In this document: positions 46,757 to 57,016 of the stretch, piece by piece | How positions within the stretch are numbered: position 1 is the first letter of the stretch | Layout of the letters: every line of letters begins with the position of its first letter | NCBI GenBank assembly: GCA_965249865.1 | Contig: CBDFMZ010000001.1 | Coordinates: 704,415 to 768,414, forward strand | Source of the DNA: Acidobacteriota bacterium | GTDB taxonomy: Bacteria > Acidobacteriota > UBA6911 > RPQK01 > CBDFMZ01 | Length of the DNA stretch: 64,000 nucleotides | Direction: 5' to 3' | Notes under the pieces: model-generated | What the model was told of the DNA's origin: nothing | Database searches by the model: none | The model's input: only the letters and a program-made list of their open reading frames with translations | Translations under genes and position numbers: made by a program

Positions 46757-48013
46757 TTGCAACAAAGAAACACCGATGTTGTCGCTCTTCAGCTGGAGAA
46801 GGTACGTGAGAAGCTTCCCCAGCTCTATGAGCGAGACGATACGCTACTCACCATGATCCAGGAGCGGGGCGACGTGGAGCCGGTCTCCAGTCGCAACATG
46901 AGGATCCCCATTCAGATCCGGCCCGGCGGCAAGTTCGGGCAGGTCAATATGGATGGAGGAGACCTGGGGCGCGGCAGCGGGACCAAGTATCAGCCTGCCC
47001 AGGTATCCCCTATTTCGTTCCGCTTCGCCACGGAGATCTCCAAGCTGATCGAGTACAGCACCAATAGCGATGAGAAGGCGATCCGAAACGCGGTGGACCG
47101 GGAGATCGTGCAATCCATGGCCCAATTCCGTAACGTCCTGGAACGTTATCTGCACACGGCCGGGGACGCTGTCATCGGAGAGATCGACACGGGCGGCGTC
47201 AACGGCAATACCTTGACGCTCAAAGACCCGCACCGGGCCGATCTGATGTACTTCAACCAGGATGTCTCGATTTACAACTCCGGTTTGGACACCAAGCGCG
47301 GAGAGTCCGACATCACGGCCATCGACTACGAGGCTGGAGAGATCACGCTTGCGACGGCGCCCTCGGGGACCCTTGCGGGCGACAAGGTGCTGGTCTCGGG
47401 CGTCCTTGGGGCCAACCCAGTCGGACTTTATGGAATCAAGTACCATCAGAACAATGGCACCACTGGCATGTGGCTTAACTTGAACCGGGCCACCTACCCG
47501 GAGATCCGCACACCCCGTGTCAACGCTAACTCGTCGTCCCTGACGACAGGCCCCATCCGCTTGGCGCTCAACAAGCTGCGCAAGGCGCTGGGTGCGAACG
47601 TCCTGCAGCAAAAGCGGCTAATCGCCTGTTTGAACGTCGAGCAGGAAGACGCCTACGAGCAGCTGGGGATTGTCATCAGCGAGATCATTAAGGAGAGTTC
47701 GGCCCGCCAGGGCATGGATCTGTTCTTTAACGGCCCCAAGACGATGGCCAGCGTGCCCATGTACCCGAACGTGCATGCCGATCCGCTGCGGATTGATTTT
47801 TTGGCCCTGGAGCACTGGGGAAGGGCCGTTTCCAAGGAGGTCGATTTTTACGAGGTGGATGGCACTAAGATTTTTCCGCTCTACAACACCACGTCGGGAG
47901 GGGTCGAAGCCGCGTTCGTTTACTACTACGTGACCACCTTCCAGGTGTTCACGGACAATCCGCGGTGCGGCGCTTACATCGACAATTTGATCCGGCCCTC
48001 CGGTTACAACTAA
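46757..48013 (+). CDS. major capsid protein (putative)
   Basis: 418-aa ORF with strong RBS (ggaggaaagagca-TTG); position after scaffold-like gene; size typical of P22/other coat proteins; no motif confirmation possible. Confidence 0.5.
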   Translation: MQQRNTDVVALQLEKVREKLPQLYERDDTLLTMIQERGDVEPVSSRNMRIPIQIRPGGKFGQVNMDGGDLGRGSGTKYQPAQVSPISFRFATEISKLIEYSTNSDEKAIRNAVDREIVQSMAQFRNVLERYLHTAGDAVIGEIDTGGVNGNTLTLKDPHRADLMYFNQDVSIYNSGLDTKRGESDITAIDYEAGEITLATAPSGTLAGDKVLVSGVLGANPVGLYGIKYHQNNGTTGMWLNLNRATYPEIRTPRVNANSSSLTTGPIRLALNKLRKALGANVLQQKRLIACLNVEQEDAYEQLGIVISEIIKESSARQGMDLFFNGPKTMASVPMYPNVHADPLRIDFLALEHWGRAVSKEVDFYEVDGTKIFPLYNTTSGGVEAAFVYYYVTTFQVFTDNPRCGAYIDNLIRPSGYN

Positions 48014-48020
48014 TCGTGGC

Positions 48021-48638
48021 ATGCAGATCCGGATCGGTTGTGAGCAACAAGACGTCCCGCGAGAGCTGCAGTCCCGTGTAGCTCGCGCGGGGGGGTTCAA
48101 CTTCTTCGGGGAACCCTATTTTAGGGTGGTCTGGGGTTGGTCCCGCCTGACCTTGATTGGAGGGGAATGGGAGGACTATGACCAGAATGGGTCCCTGTTG
48201 CGGCGCGCGATCGAGTTTCGGAAGGAACCCAAGTACTTTTTGGGCCTCGATCGGTTTCACATGGAAAAGTGGATGCCCCCGGAGACCTTCGGGACTCCCC
48301 GGCAGTGGTACGAGATGACTCAGGAGGTGGTGGGCGGAAGGACGATCTCAGCCAGCGGTCCTTACCCCAGCCGGGGAGAATACGAGCACTGCTGGACGAT
48401 TCAAACCCCAGCCGGAGAGTTCGCCCCCTTGGATGTCTCGATGTGCGAGACGGTTGTGCGGGCCGTGGAGTTCTCCCGGCATCTCGTCCGGTCCGACCGC
48501 AAAGCGGCTATTGATCGAAGAGAGGAACGCAAGAAAAAAGATTTCGAAGAAGAAGGTATGGCTCTTATGGAAGATGCGCGGCCCGCCTTCCTGGGCCAGC
48601 CGCAAGTCCGAGTGCCCGAGATTGGAGAATCGCAATGA
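48021..48638 (+). CDS. hypothetical phage protein
   Basis: 205-aa ORF, 8 bp after capsid gene. Confidence 0.45.
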   Translation: MQIRIGCEQQDVPRELQSRVARAGGFNFFGEPYFRVVWGWSRLTLIGGEWEDYDQNGSLLRRAIEFRKEPKYFLGLDRFHMEKWMPPETFGTPRQWYEMTQEVVGGRTISASGPYPSRGEYEHCWTIQTPAGEFAPLDVSMCETVVRAVEFSRHLVRSDRKAAIDRREERKKKDFEEEGMALMEDARPAFLGQPQVRVPEIGESQ

Positions 48639-49240
48639 ACACTATCGTTGTCGCAAGTATTTGTCCCTATCCGCTGCGGTTTCAACGCCGGTTCTGCCGC
48701 TATGAGATCCAGGCCGCCGAGTGGAAACGGCCGCTGCTGGGCGCCTCGTCCATTGTCCCGGCCACCGTGACCATGAAGGACGAGACAGACCAGATCGATG
48801 CGGGGGATGACCATTACTATCCCCAGCCGATCCCGGTTCAAGATCTGGTGGCCGACTGGGCGCGGGACGACGAGCTCAAGGAAGGCCTGTTCGCCTGCAA
48901 TGGCAAGAGGCCGCTCAAGGAAGAGATCGAGGCGGCCGTGGCTCGCCGCCAGCAGTGGAACGCCGGTTTGATCCAACAGGGGGATTACCTGTGGGAGCGC
49001 ACCCACCGTCACGAGCATATCTCGGACGCCATGCGCCGCGCCTGCTCCGAGATGGGCGTGAAGCGCGAGTGGGGGACCAAGCTGCTGCGGATGATCGAAT
49101 GCCCGGCCTGCGGGGAGGACATTCGCGGATCGGCCGCTTGGTGCCGTCACTGCAGCTGCGTCATCGATGAGGCGGCCTACAACAGGCTCAAATTTCACGC
49201 GGTGGCTCCTCATGCCGCCCAGGAGGCTCAAGCCGTATAA
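48635..49240 (+). CDS. hypothetical phage protein with C-terminal zinc-ribbon (CPACG...CRHCSC)
   Basis: 201-aa ORF overlapping upstream stop. Confidence 0.45.
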   Translation: MNTIVVASICPYPLRFQRRFCRYEIQAAEWKRPLLGASSIVPATVTMKDETDQIDAGDDHYYPQPIPVQDLVADWARDDELKEGLFACNGKRPLKEEIEAAVARRQQWNAGLIQQGDYLWERTHRHEHISDAMRRACSEMGVKREWGTKLLRMIECPACGEDIRGSAAWCRHCSCVIDEAAYNRLKFHAVAPHAAQEAQAV

Positions 49241-49243
49241 AAG

Positions 49244-49891
49244 ATGCCCGCGCTGGCCGATGTGACCCAAGCCGTCCAGCACTTGTTGCTGGACAGAGCA
49301 GGCAGCATTCTCACCGACAGCTACCAGCTCGTCTACCAGAATATCGTCTGGAGGAAACTGCAGCGGGCCATGGAGGAGACGGGATTTCTCGACGTGGTGG
49401 CGACCACGGAGATCTACAACGTTCCCGCCATCAAGACGAGTTTGGCCAACGGAGGAAACTCGGAATTACCGGATCGGGCCATCCGGGCGCATCGAATGGA
49501 GGAACGGCCGAGCACCGGAGGGGAGTGGGCTCTCATGAGCTATTGCAAGTACCACATGCCGGTCCTTCCCGCAGCCGCCACCCGGGACGTTTGGACCTGG
49601 GAGAACAACCGGATCGAGATGAATGCGGGCGTCGTTGCCAACGACTTCCGGATCCGGCACACGCAATACTTCGATGATCTGGTCAGCGGCCAAGGCATCC
49701 CGCTCACGGAAGTCCGGGAAGCGTTGATTTTCGGGACCGCCGCGCTCATCGCCCGCGCCAGGGGCGTTCGCGCCGCTGCCCTCGACTACAACGCTCAGTA
49801 CGAAAATGAGGCCAAAAAGATCTTTGGACGGGATTCTCTTTCGGAATTCGCCAAGCTCCTGGAGTTCGAGGCTGAGGAGGATTCCGCGTGA
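49244..49891 (+). CDS. hypothetical phage structural protein
   Basis: 215-aa ORF in tight co-directional array. Confidence 0.45.
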   Translation: MPALADVTQAVQHLLLDRAGSILTDSYQLVYQNIVWRKLQRAMEETGFLDVVATTEIYNVPAIKTSLANGGNSELPDRAIRAHRMEERPSTGGEWALMSYCKYHMPVLPAAATRDVWTWENNRIEMNAGVVANDFRIRHTQYFDDLVSGQGIPLTEVREALIFGTAALIARARGVRAAALDYNAQYENEAKKIFGRDSLSEFAKLLEFEAEEDSA

Positions 49892-50538
49892 TTCTTCAGG
49901 AAGTGTGTGAACTAGTCCGGGTCCTGTTGGGGGATCTCCCAGGCCGGACCTGGCCGGATGACGTGTTGCTGCCTTTGGTGAATTCGTCCTATCGCCACGT
50001 GCAACGGCAATTGGCCATGAACGGGATTCCGGTTCTGATCGACTATGCGGAAGAGGATCTGGCGGCATTCGCCAAGACGTTCTCCGGGGCGAACCTCCCG
50101 GACGATCTTGTGTTTCCGCACCGGCTTTGGGAGAAGGACCAGAGGACCACCGGTAGGTACGTGCCTATGAAACGAGTCTCAGGCGGCTTGCCCGATGTGG
50201 ATTCAGTACCCCGGCTCGGGGTCTGGGAATGGGCCGGAAACCAGCTCCGGTTTCTGGGGTCAAACCAGGCTAAGACGGTGCGAATCCGCTACGAAAAACG
50301 CCTGCCTCTTCTGGGCTACCGGTCCCCCGATAACTTCATCGAGGTCCGGGATGGGGGAGACGCGATTGCGGCCGGGACGGCCATGCTGGCTCCGGGGAAG
50401 CGCAAGGAGTTTACACCCCTTTTCAGGTCTCACCTCAATGACCTGATTGCCGATTACATCCGAAACGAGCAACGAGTCTCGCGCCGGCGCCAGCCCTACG
50501 GATACCGGGACTATCTGCGCCGTGCGCTGCGCGGGTAA
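49888..50538 (+). CDS. hypothetical phage structural protein
   Basis: 216-aa ORF overlapping upstream stop. Confidence 0.45.
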   Translation: MILQEVCELVRVLLGDLPGRTWPDDVLLPLVNSSYRHVQRQLAMNGIPVLIDYAEEDLAAFAKTFSGANLPDDLVFPHRLWEKDQRTTGRYVPMKRVSGGLPDVDSVPRLGVWEWAGNQLRFLGSNQAKTVRIRYEKRLPLLGYRSPDNFIEVRDGGDAIAAGTAMLAPGKRKEFTPLFRSHLNDLIADYIRNEQRVSRRRQPYGYRDYLRRALRG

Positions 50539-50563
50539 CGAAAGAGAAAGGAGACAAGAAACA

Positions 50564-50917
50564 ATGCCTTTAGCCGTTACAGTCAAGAAACACTGGTGGG
50601 ATGGGAAGATCTTGCATGCGATAGGCGATGTCACCCCATCCGGGAGCTATTCGACGGGAGGGGACGCCTTCTCGTTTGCCAACCTCCCCGAGGTTAAGGC
50701 GCAACAGGTGAATCCGCCCCTGGAAGTCACGGTTCGCGGCTTGGCCGGTTACGTGTACAGCTACAAGGAAGGCAATAACCGGGACGACGGCGCTCTGTTC
50801 GTGCACGAATCGGGAGCGGACGGGTCCGCATTGGATGAGCTCGGCGAGGCCGACTACCCCAGTGCCGTGACCGGCGACGATATCCGGTACCACGCGCTCT
50901 TTAAGGGCATCGTCTGA
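50564..50917 (+). CDS. hypothetical phage structural protein
   Basis: 117 aa from ATG 50564 preceded by aaggagacaagaaaca RBS (the listed 50447 start is an upstream extension). Confidence 0.45.
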   Translation: MPLAVTVKKHWWDGKILHAIGDVTPSGSYSTGGDAFSFANLPEVKAQQVNPPLEVTVRGLAGYVYSYKEGNNRDDGALFVHESGADGSALDELGEADYPSAVTGDDIRYHALFKGIV

Positions 50918-50928
50918 GGGAGGTCTTT

Positions 50929-53301
50929 GTGATCGAAGGCTTGACGCCGATCCCGGTGGAGAATTTCGGAGGCCTCGTGACGCTACCGGCGCTGTCCGAT
51001 CTGGCCCGGGGGATGAGTCCCGACTGTCAGAACGTTATCTTTCCGCCGGGCCAGGTGAGGACGCGCGAGGGACTGAGCGTGCCGTTTACCGCCGTGGGGA
51101 GCGTGAAATTCCACTCCATCGCCAGGTACGCCACCCCAGGATTCGTGAAACGGATCATGGCGTTCGGATCCAATGGTACGCTCTACAAGGAGAGTCCGGC
51201 GGGAACCTTGGCCGTGGTTCGCTCGGGCCTGGTTGCGGATTCCTACATGATCACGGATACCTTGTTCGGGCGCCTGTACTGCGCCTTCTACAACGGTCGG
51301 GTGGGTGGGGATATCCCCCTCTCGTTCGACGATGACTCCGTGTACCGGGTGTCTCCTGAAGGACCCGGCGCTGGTCCTTCCCTGATCGACGATTCATCTC
51401 TCACGACGGGTCGGATCCCGGCAGGCTTGCACAAGGCGGTCTGCTGGTTCGAGACCGCGACTGGGTACTGGACCAAGTGCTCGCCTCCAGTCCAGTGGTC
51501 CGCAGAAGGGGCCAAGCGGGTCAATATCACCGATATTCCCACCGGACCCGGCTGGGTGAAAAAGCGGTTCCTGGCCTTCACCACGGCCGGTGGGGAGAGC
51601 TACTACCATGTCCCGACCACGATGGTTATCGATAACAACACCACCACTGCGGTGACGCTCGACTTTTCCCTTGAAGAGCTGACGGCGGGGGAGCTGGTCG
51701 ATTATCTCTTTCGCATCCGGCAGGTCTCCAAACCCCTGGGCGTGTTCGCTACCGTGAACCGGCTGCTGTGGTGGTCGCCCCGGGCTTTGATGAGCAGCTG
51801 GCGGAACCTAGCCTTCGATGGCGGGTTCGCCTCGGGAGGCGAGCCGTTGGGATGGAGCCAAGGGACAAACTTCGCTGGAGGTTCTCAGGAAACTACTGAC
51901 ATAGTTTTTGGTCATGCGTGGCGGATTCAGGGAAATGGGACCGCCAGCATCAGGGGAGAAATCACTCAGGCGGCGTTCCGAGACGCCTGGGGAGGAGCCC
52001 GTCAGATTCGCGCCAACACCCGCTACAAGGTCCGGGCCCGGGTTCGCAAGAGTTCAGGTCTCGACTCCGGCCGTCTGAACATCGATCTGTCCTTCGACAG
52101 CTTTAATACGTCGGGTCTTCAAGTGAGCGCCTCTGACGCCACTACCGATTTCGCGGAGTATGAAGGGAATCTTACGGCGGGACTCAACTCGATTTCGACG
52201 GGCCTGGTCCTGCGGGTGTTTACCGATGAGACCCCGACCGATGGCGAGTCGTTCTATGTGGATGAGATTGAGATTTTCGAGGCGGCCGAGCCCTGGCATG
52301 CCTCCACGGTTTTCGTCTCCAAGCCTTTTCAGCCGGAAGCGCTCGATGCCATCGAGGGGCTACTCCAGGTGGCCCGTGATGACGGCCATGCGCTGCGGGC
52401 CATGTTCTCCCTGAACAACCTGATCTATCTGATCAAGGAACGCTCCATCTGGGTCACTGAGGACAACGGCGTCACCGAGGCCGATGGATGGACCCTGCGC
52501 CTGGTCTCCCCTTCGGTGGGGACCTTCTCTCCGCGCGGCGTGGCTGTGGGGGAGGATTGGGCCATCATCCTGTCCTTTGACGGGGTGTATCTGTTCGATG
52601 GGAGCCAACCGAAGCCCATCTCCGATGAGATCCGCCCGAACTGGCAGCGTATCAACTGGCCCGAGGCGCATAAGAGCTGGGTGGAAGTCGATCTCGTCGC
52701 CAAGCGGGTCTATATCGGCATCCCCACGGGCACGGCCACCGAGCCGGACCGGGTCTTGATGCTCGACTACACGGAAGGGTTCGCGCTGGAGGGCTTCAAG
52801 GCGGTCCAGGAAGGACAGGCTGTCACAGGCCGGGGACGCAAATGGACAACCTGGACCATCCCGGCCAATGCGGGGCGTTTTCTTCGGCGGGAGAATCGAG
52901 CCGCCCGCGCCATGCTCTTTGGCAACAACGTGGGCAACGGGAAAATCTACGAGCTCGACCCGGCGGCTTTTCATGACGACGGTTCGGCCATCGATTCCTA
53001 CTACCGGACGGGCCCGGTCAAGGCGAGCGCGGCGGTGCTGGATCTTTACGGATATCTGAGCGCCTACGTGTGGGGATCGGGAACACTCTCGATCCATCTG
53101 TACCAGCCTGACAACTCGCATGAATCCGTGACGAGCCATTCCCTGTCCAATCCCGCCGACGAAGACCTGGAACGGTTTCTGGAGCTTGAAGCGGAACGGG
53201 CTAGTGTCCAGTTTCGCACGAACTCCTCTGGAAATTGGTTTGCTCTGAGCAAATGTGTCCTGTGGGGAGCGCCCCACCCCATGATGCCGGTTCGAGGATA
53301 A
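50929..53301 (+). CDS. large phage tail protein (putative)
   Basis: 790-aa ORF preceding the fibre gene; beta-rich. Confidence 0.45.
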   Translation: MIEGLTPIPVENFGGLVTLPALSDLARGMSPDCQNVIFPPGQVRTREGLSVPFTAVGSVKFHSIARYATPGFVKRIMAFGSNGTLYKESPAGTLAVVRSGLVADSYMITDTLFGRLYCAFYNGRVGGDIPLSFDDDSVYRVSPEGPGAGPSLIDDSSLTTGRIPAGLHKAVCWFETATGYWTKCSPPVQWSAEGAKRVNITDIPTGPGWVKKRFLAFTTAGGESYYHVPTTMVIDNNTTTAVTLDFSLEELTAGELVDYLFRIRQVSKPLGVFATVNRLLWWSPRALMSSWRNLAFDGGFASGGEPLGWSQGTNFAGGSQETTDIVFGHAWRIQGNGTASIRGEITQAAFRDAWGGARQIRANTRYKVRARVRKSSGLDSGRLNIDLSFDSFNTSGLQVSASDATTDFAEYEGNLTAGLNSISTGLVLRVFTDETPTDGESFYVDEIEIFEAAEPWHASTVFVSKPFQPEALDAIEGLLQVARDDGHALRAMFSLNNLIYLIKERSIWVTEDNGVTEADGWTLRLVSPSVGTFSPRGVAVGEDWAIILSFDGVYLFDGSQPKPISDEIRPNWQRINWPEAHKSWVEVDLVAKRVYIGIPTGTATEPDRVLMLDYTEGFALEGFKAVQEGQAVTGRGRKWTTWTIPANAGRFLRRENRAARAMLFGNNVGNGKIYELDPAAFHDDGSAIDSYYRTGPVKASAAVLDLYGYLSAYVWGSGTLSIHLYQPDNSHESVTSHSLSNPADEDLERFLELEAERASVQFRTNSSGNWFALSKCVLWGAPHPMMPVRG

Positions 53302-53306
53302 GCCTT

Positions 53307-55745
53307 ATGGGACTCGCGCTGCATCAGCTCAACGAGATCAAGCACAGGGACCCGCACCTGTACGAAGTGCTGTCGGAGATCCTCAAGAGGGTCCAAAACG
53401 TCGAGTTCGAGACCGGAACCGAGCCTCCCGCTCCGGGGAGCCTCAAGCCGCAATCGCTGCCCGGAACCCCCGGATCGATCGACCACCCGGAGGCCCCGTT
53501 CGTCTTCGCGGATGCCATCGGCCTGGGAATTACCTTCAATATCGTGCCGCCCCAGGGCGCGAAGAATTACCAGAGCTTCAAGCACTATACGATCTCCCTC
53601 TATACGGACCGGGAGCGCAGAAAATTGGAAAGGACGCACAAGGGCTCTCAGGTCGAGTGGGCAACATCCCTAACGGTGATGACTCCAGGCGTCTATTACT
53701 GGTCCGTGACGGCGATCAACGCAGTGGGAGAGGGGGCTCCCGCGACCGGGAAGGCTTTCGTTGACGGCGTCTCGCCCGCCCCGAAAGACGGGGTGCCGGG
53801 AGTACCCTCGGTCTCCCTGGTTCAGAAAGTGATGGGAGGCGATCAGGCCCAGTTTCGTCTCACCCGGCCCTCCACCGGCTTCAACCAGATCGGACTCTAC
53901 CTGATCGTGGCGCGGGAAAACTCCACCTTCGATTTTCTGTACAGCCCCACCTCCTTTACCGGGAGCACCATCAAGGGAAGCAGTCTCTTGAATTCCACCA
54001 CCATCGTGTTCGCCTCCGGGGACGTAGGGAAACTGGTGGAACTCACCGGGGTCGAGTTCAATCTGGTCACCGGGCAGCGGCATCTTTACATCATCAAGGA
54101 GGTCGTCAGCGGCTCCCAGGTGCGCCTGCATGTCAACTTACCCTTCACTCAGGCGAGCGTGACGGGCAGAATCGGCACACCCTGGTGGAAGGACTCCCAG
54201 TACGTGAACCGCTGGGACATCTTCGTTCAGGGACCCCAGGCCACCCAGTCTCCGGATCACGAGTCGTTCGCCTTCCACCTGCCCTTCGACGGAAAGACGG
54301 TCTACCTGGCGGCCACCGCCATCAGCGTCTATGGATACTCGGACTGGTCCTCGACCATCGCCGTCACTACCGGAAGCCGGGCGTTGGCGTCCTCCCGGGG
54401 CATTCAGCCCGTCATCGGGACCAGCTTTACCCCCACCTCTTACCGGCGCGTCTCCTGGACCTCCGGCAGCGTCTACTACCCCGATGGAGGAACCGAATCT
54501 ATCAATAGCGGGAGTACTGGCAATTTGCCCACCAACGTGACTCGCTGGGTTTACAAGGTCCGGGGCAATGTGAATCTTCAAGTGAGCAGCTCCATTGCAA
54601 ACGCGACCGGCTTGGACCGGTTCCCGGTCGCCATCGTGCGCACTACCTCGGACACGGGCGAGTTTGCCTCCGTCGTTACCCTGGTCGCCAACAACAAAGG
54701 CTCCGTGCTCTCGGCCCGCAATCTCACCGTGGGAAAGCTCTCCGCACTGAGCGCCGACCTGGGAGAAATCACGGCGGGCAAGATCACGGGGCTGCAGATT
54801 AAAACGAGCTCCAGCGGCTCTCGCATCGAGTTGGATTCCACCAATGGATTCCGGGCCATCGATAGCTCGGGGGACGTCCGGGTGAAGATTCCCACTAGCG
54901 GAGATCTGGTGGAATTCTCCGGTTACGGCCGGATTACAGGGGACATACTTATTGACCCGAACACCGGTCTCGGCGTGGGATCGATGTTCCTTCGTCCCGT
55001 TTTCCCTCAAACAAACAATTTCTTTCTGGGAAGTTCCATATCGGAATGGTGTCGGATCAGCATACAGGCCAGCAATCAAATCTATATCAACTGCGGCGAG
55101 CTCCGGGTCGACGGCGCTCTCACGATGGTCGGCACAAATTCCGACATCGACTTATCGGGCAACGATATTGGTAGCGTGGGCGACGTGGAGCTGGACTCGT
55201 TGACCAAGGATGGAAACGGCAACATTTCGGTTAATGACGATCTGAACCTCTCGGGCAACGATCTCCTCAACGTAGGCGATGTGGAGCTGGACTCGTTGAC
55301 CAAGGATGGAACCGGGGACATTTCGGTTAATGACAATCTGGACCTCTCGGGCAACGATATCCTCAACGTGGGCGACGTGGAGCTGGACTCGTTGACCAAG
55401 GATGGGACCGGCAACATTGCGGTCAATGACAATCTGGACCTCTCGGGCAACGATATCCTCAACGTGGGCGACGTGGAATGCGACTCGTTGACCAAGGATG
55501 GGACCGGCAACATCCTCTTGAACGACGCCATCGTTCCTTCTGGCAGCGGGGATACGGATCCTTTCTTGGGGACGACGGCCATCCCATTCAACCGGGTTTC
55601 GGTGCACCGCGTTTTGTTTGACGAACGGGGAGCGCCCGCAACACCATCCAGCACTCATGCCTGGCTCTACACGGATTCTAATAGCGGCGACCTGGTCGTT
55701 AAATTTGACTCAGGGAACACTGTCACAGTGGCAACCTATGTCTAA
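53307..55745 (+). CDS. tail fibre/spike protein with internal 20-aa tandem repeats
   Basis: 812 aa from ATG 53307 (RBS gaggataagcctt); four tandem copies of DLSGNDILNVGDVELDSLTKDGTGNIxVNDNL near the C-terminus. Confidence 0.55.
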   Translation: MGLALHQLNEIKHRDPHLYEVLSEILKRVQNVEFETGTEPPAPGSLKPQSLPGTPGSIDHPEAPFVFADAIGLGITFNIVPPQGAKNYQSFKHYTISLYTDRERRKLERTHKGSQVEWATSLTVMTPGVYYWSVTAINAVGEGAPATGKAFVDGVSPAPKDGVPGVPSVSLVQKVMGGDQAQFRLTRPSTGFNQIGLYLIVARENSTFDFLYSPTSFTGSTIKGSSLLNSTTIVFASGDVGKLVELTGVEFNLVTGQRHLYIIKEVVSGSQVRLHVNLPFTQASVTGRIGTPWWKDSQYVNRWDIFVQGPQATQSPDHESFAFHLPFDGKTVYLAATAISVYGYSDWSSTIAVTTGSRALASSRGIQPVIGTSFTPTSYRRVSWTSGSVYYPDGGTESINSGSTGNLPTNVTRWVYKVRGNVNLQVSSSIANATGLDRFPVAIVRTTSDTGEFASVVTLVANNKGSVLSARNLTVGKLSALSADLGEITAGKITGLQIKTSSSGSRIELDSTNGFRAIDSSGDVRVKIPTSGDLVEFSGYGRITGDILIDPNTGLGVGSMFLRPVFPQTNNFFLGSSISEWCRISIQASNQIYINCGELRVDGALTMVGTNSDIDLSGNDIGSVGDVELDSLTKDGNGNISVNDDLNLSGNDLLNVGDVELDSLTKDGTGDISVNDNLDLSGNDILNVGDVELDSLTKDGTGNIAVNDNLDLSGNDILNVGDVECDSLTKDGTGNILLNDAIVPSGSGDTDPFLGTTAIPFNRVSVHRVLFDERGAPATPSSTHAWLYTDSNSGDLVVKFDSGNTVTVATYV
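55149..55525. repeat. 4 x 60-bp tandem repeat inside tail-fibre gene
   Basis: Near-identical 60-nt units encoding the 20-aa repeat; copies differ at a few positions (N/T, S/A, L/C). Confidence 0.8.
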
Positions 55746-55773
55746 TCTAAAACGGGCGGAAAGGAGATCGACC

Positions 55774-55944
55774 ATGCAACCCATTCAACTGGACGACCAG
55801 GACATCAAGAAGGGATTCGGGGAACTCTACACGGAGATTCTTCTGCTCAAAAAGCAGCTCCTGATTGAGCGGGCGGCCAACGATCAGCTCCAGCAGGCAC
55901 TCCAGGAACTAAAACAAGACGACCAGGAGGAAGAACAGGGATGA
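55774..55944 (+). CDS. small coiled-coil phage protein
   Basis: 56 aa; aaggag RBS 7 nt upstream. Confidence 0.35.
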   Translation: MQPIQLDDQDIKKGFGELYTEILLLKKQLLIERAANDQLQQALQELKQDDQEEEQG

Positions 55945-56357
55945 TTCGAGTTCTGCGGTCCGAGGACGCGCCCCATCTGGAGCGGATGTTCGAGCAACAG
56001 CATGCCCCCGAAGAGACCTTGGATGGCTTCGAAGCCGGCTTTCTGGGGGATGGCCTGGTGAGCAAGTTCGTCTGTTGCGACGAGGAGGGGCGGCCCCGCT
56101 TGGCGATGGTGGCGCGTCTGACGGCGGAAGTTGCGGTCTTCGGAGATCCCAACTGGAGGACGCCCAAAGAACGGTTTCTCTTAGGTGCTCAGCTAGAGCG
56201 GATCCTGTGCGAGGACCTGAAACAAAAGGGCCTGGATTCCCTGGTGGCCTTCATTCCGAGGACCTACAGGCGGTTTGCCGAGAGGATCGGGCAGCTGGGG
56301 TGGAGGGCGCAGACTTGGATTTCCATGAGAAAGGATTTGACCGATGGGCAGAAATAA
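55941..56357 (+). CDS. hypothetical phage protein (small alpha/beta; possible acetyltransferase-like)
   Basis: 138-aa ORF overlapping upstream stop (atga). Confidence 0.35.
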   Translation: MIRVLRSEDAPHLERMFEQQHAPEETLDGFEAGFLGDGLVSKFVCCDEEGRPRLAMVARLTAEVAVFGDPNWRTPKERFLLGAQLERILCEDLKQKGLDSLVAFIPRTYRRFAERIGQLGWRAQTWISMRKDLTDGQK

Positions 56358-56919
56358 AGGCAGCGAAGAGCAAAGAGATCTATCCAGAGAACAGCTGAGA
56401 ATGGACCAGCAGTGGCGTGCCGATCAACGGCGGGAACGTCAAGAAATGCGATCCACTCTCATGCCCGAGATCATGGGAATTCCGACCGAGTACGCGCCCG
56501 AAGAGAAGCAATCGATCATGCAATCCGCCCTGGACGCCACTGGGGGAGTGTATGACGTGGCCCGGGCGCGGGCCTCGCGGCACCGGGGACGCACCCGCCA
56601 GACGGCTGGGTACTCGGAGGCCGTGGGCGAGCTGACGCGCCAGGAAGCCGGCCAAAAGGCGGGATCCCGACGCTCTATCGAGAGCCAGTTTGCGGATGAG
56701 AAGTGGAGGCGGACCCTGGCCCGGCTGGATGCTCTGGCCAGCTTGTATGGGATCGACACGCGGCTGCTGGCCTCGACGGCCGGATTGTCGAGCCGGTCTC
56801 TGTATGGCCATGCCCAGGGGATCAGCCGGGGAAGCATCTGGGGAGATGTGATCAGCGGGGCCGCCCAGGTGGGCGCGGTAGGACTGGGAGGAATACAAAA
56901 TGCACAGACCTCTGGTTAG
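56344..56919 (+). CDS. hypothetical phage protein
   Basis: 191-aa ORF. Confidence 0.4.
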   Translation: MGRNKGSEEQRDLSREQLRMDQQWRADQRRERQEMRSTLMPEIMGIPTEYAPEEKQSIMQSALDATGGVYDVARARASRHRGRTRQTAGYSEAVGELTRQEAGQKAGSRRSIESQFADEKWRRTLARLDALASLYGIDTRLLASTAGLSSRSLYGHAQGISRGSIWGDVISGAAQVGAVGLGGIQNAQTSG

Positions 56920-56999
56920 AGCTCCGGTTCCAGGATATGAAAAAGAGCGGAACCCCTTTAGAGCTCCGGTTCCAGGATATGAAGAAGAACGGAACCCCT
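56917..56999 (+). terminator. two tandem 41-bp stem-loop repeats immediately after stop codon (terminator-like)
   Basis: tagagctccggttccaggatatgaaRaagaRcggaacccctt x2; each has ccggttcc ... ggaacc(cc) arms; the second is followed by ttttt. Confidence 0.45.
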
Positions 57000-57016
57000 T
57001 TTTACACGCGCTGAAG

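Noticed and set aside
53235-53306. Upstream start of the fibre gene overlapping the preceding gene
   Set aside because: ATG at 53307 has a good RBS and follows the upstream stop by 5 bp; the 53235 start would overlap 67 nt in another frame.
56900-57016. 5' extension of the 57017 gene translating the hairpin repeats (RAPVPGYEKERNPF x2)
   Set aside because: The repeated peptide is a by-product of the tandem stem-loop DNA element; the ATG at 57017 after the T-run is the more plausible start.
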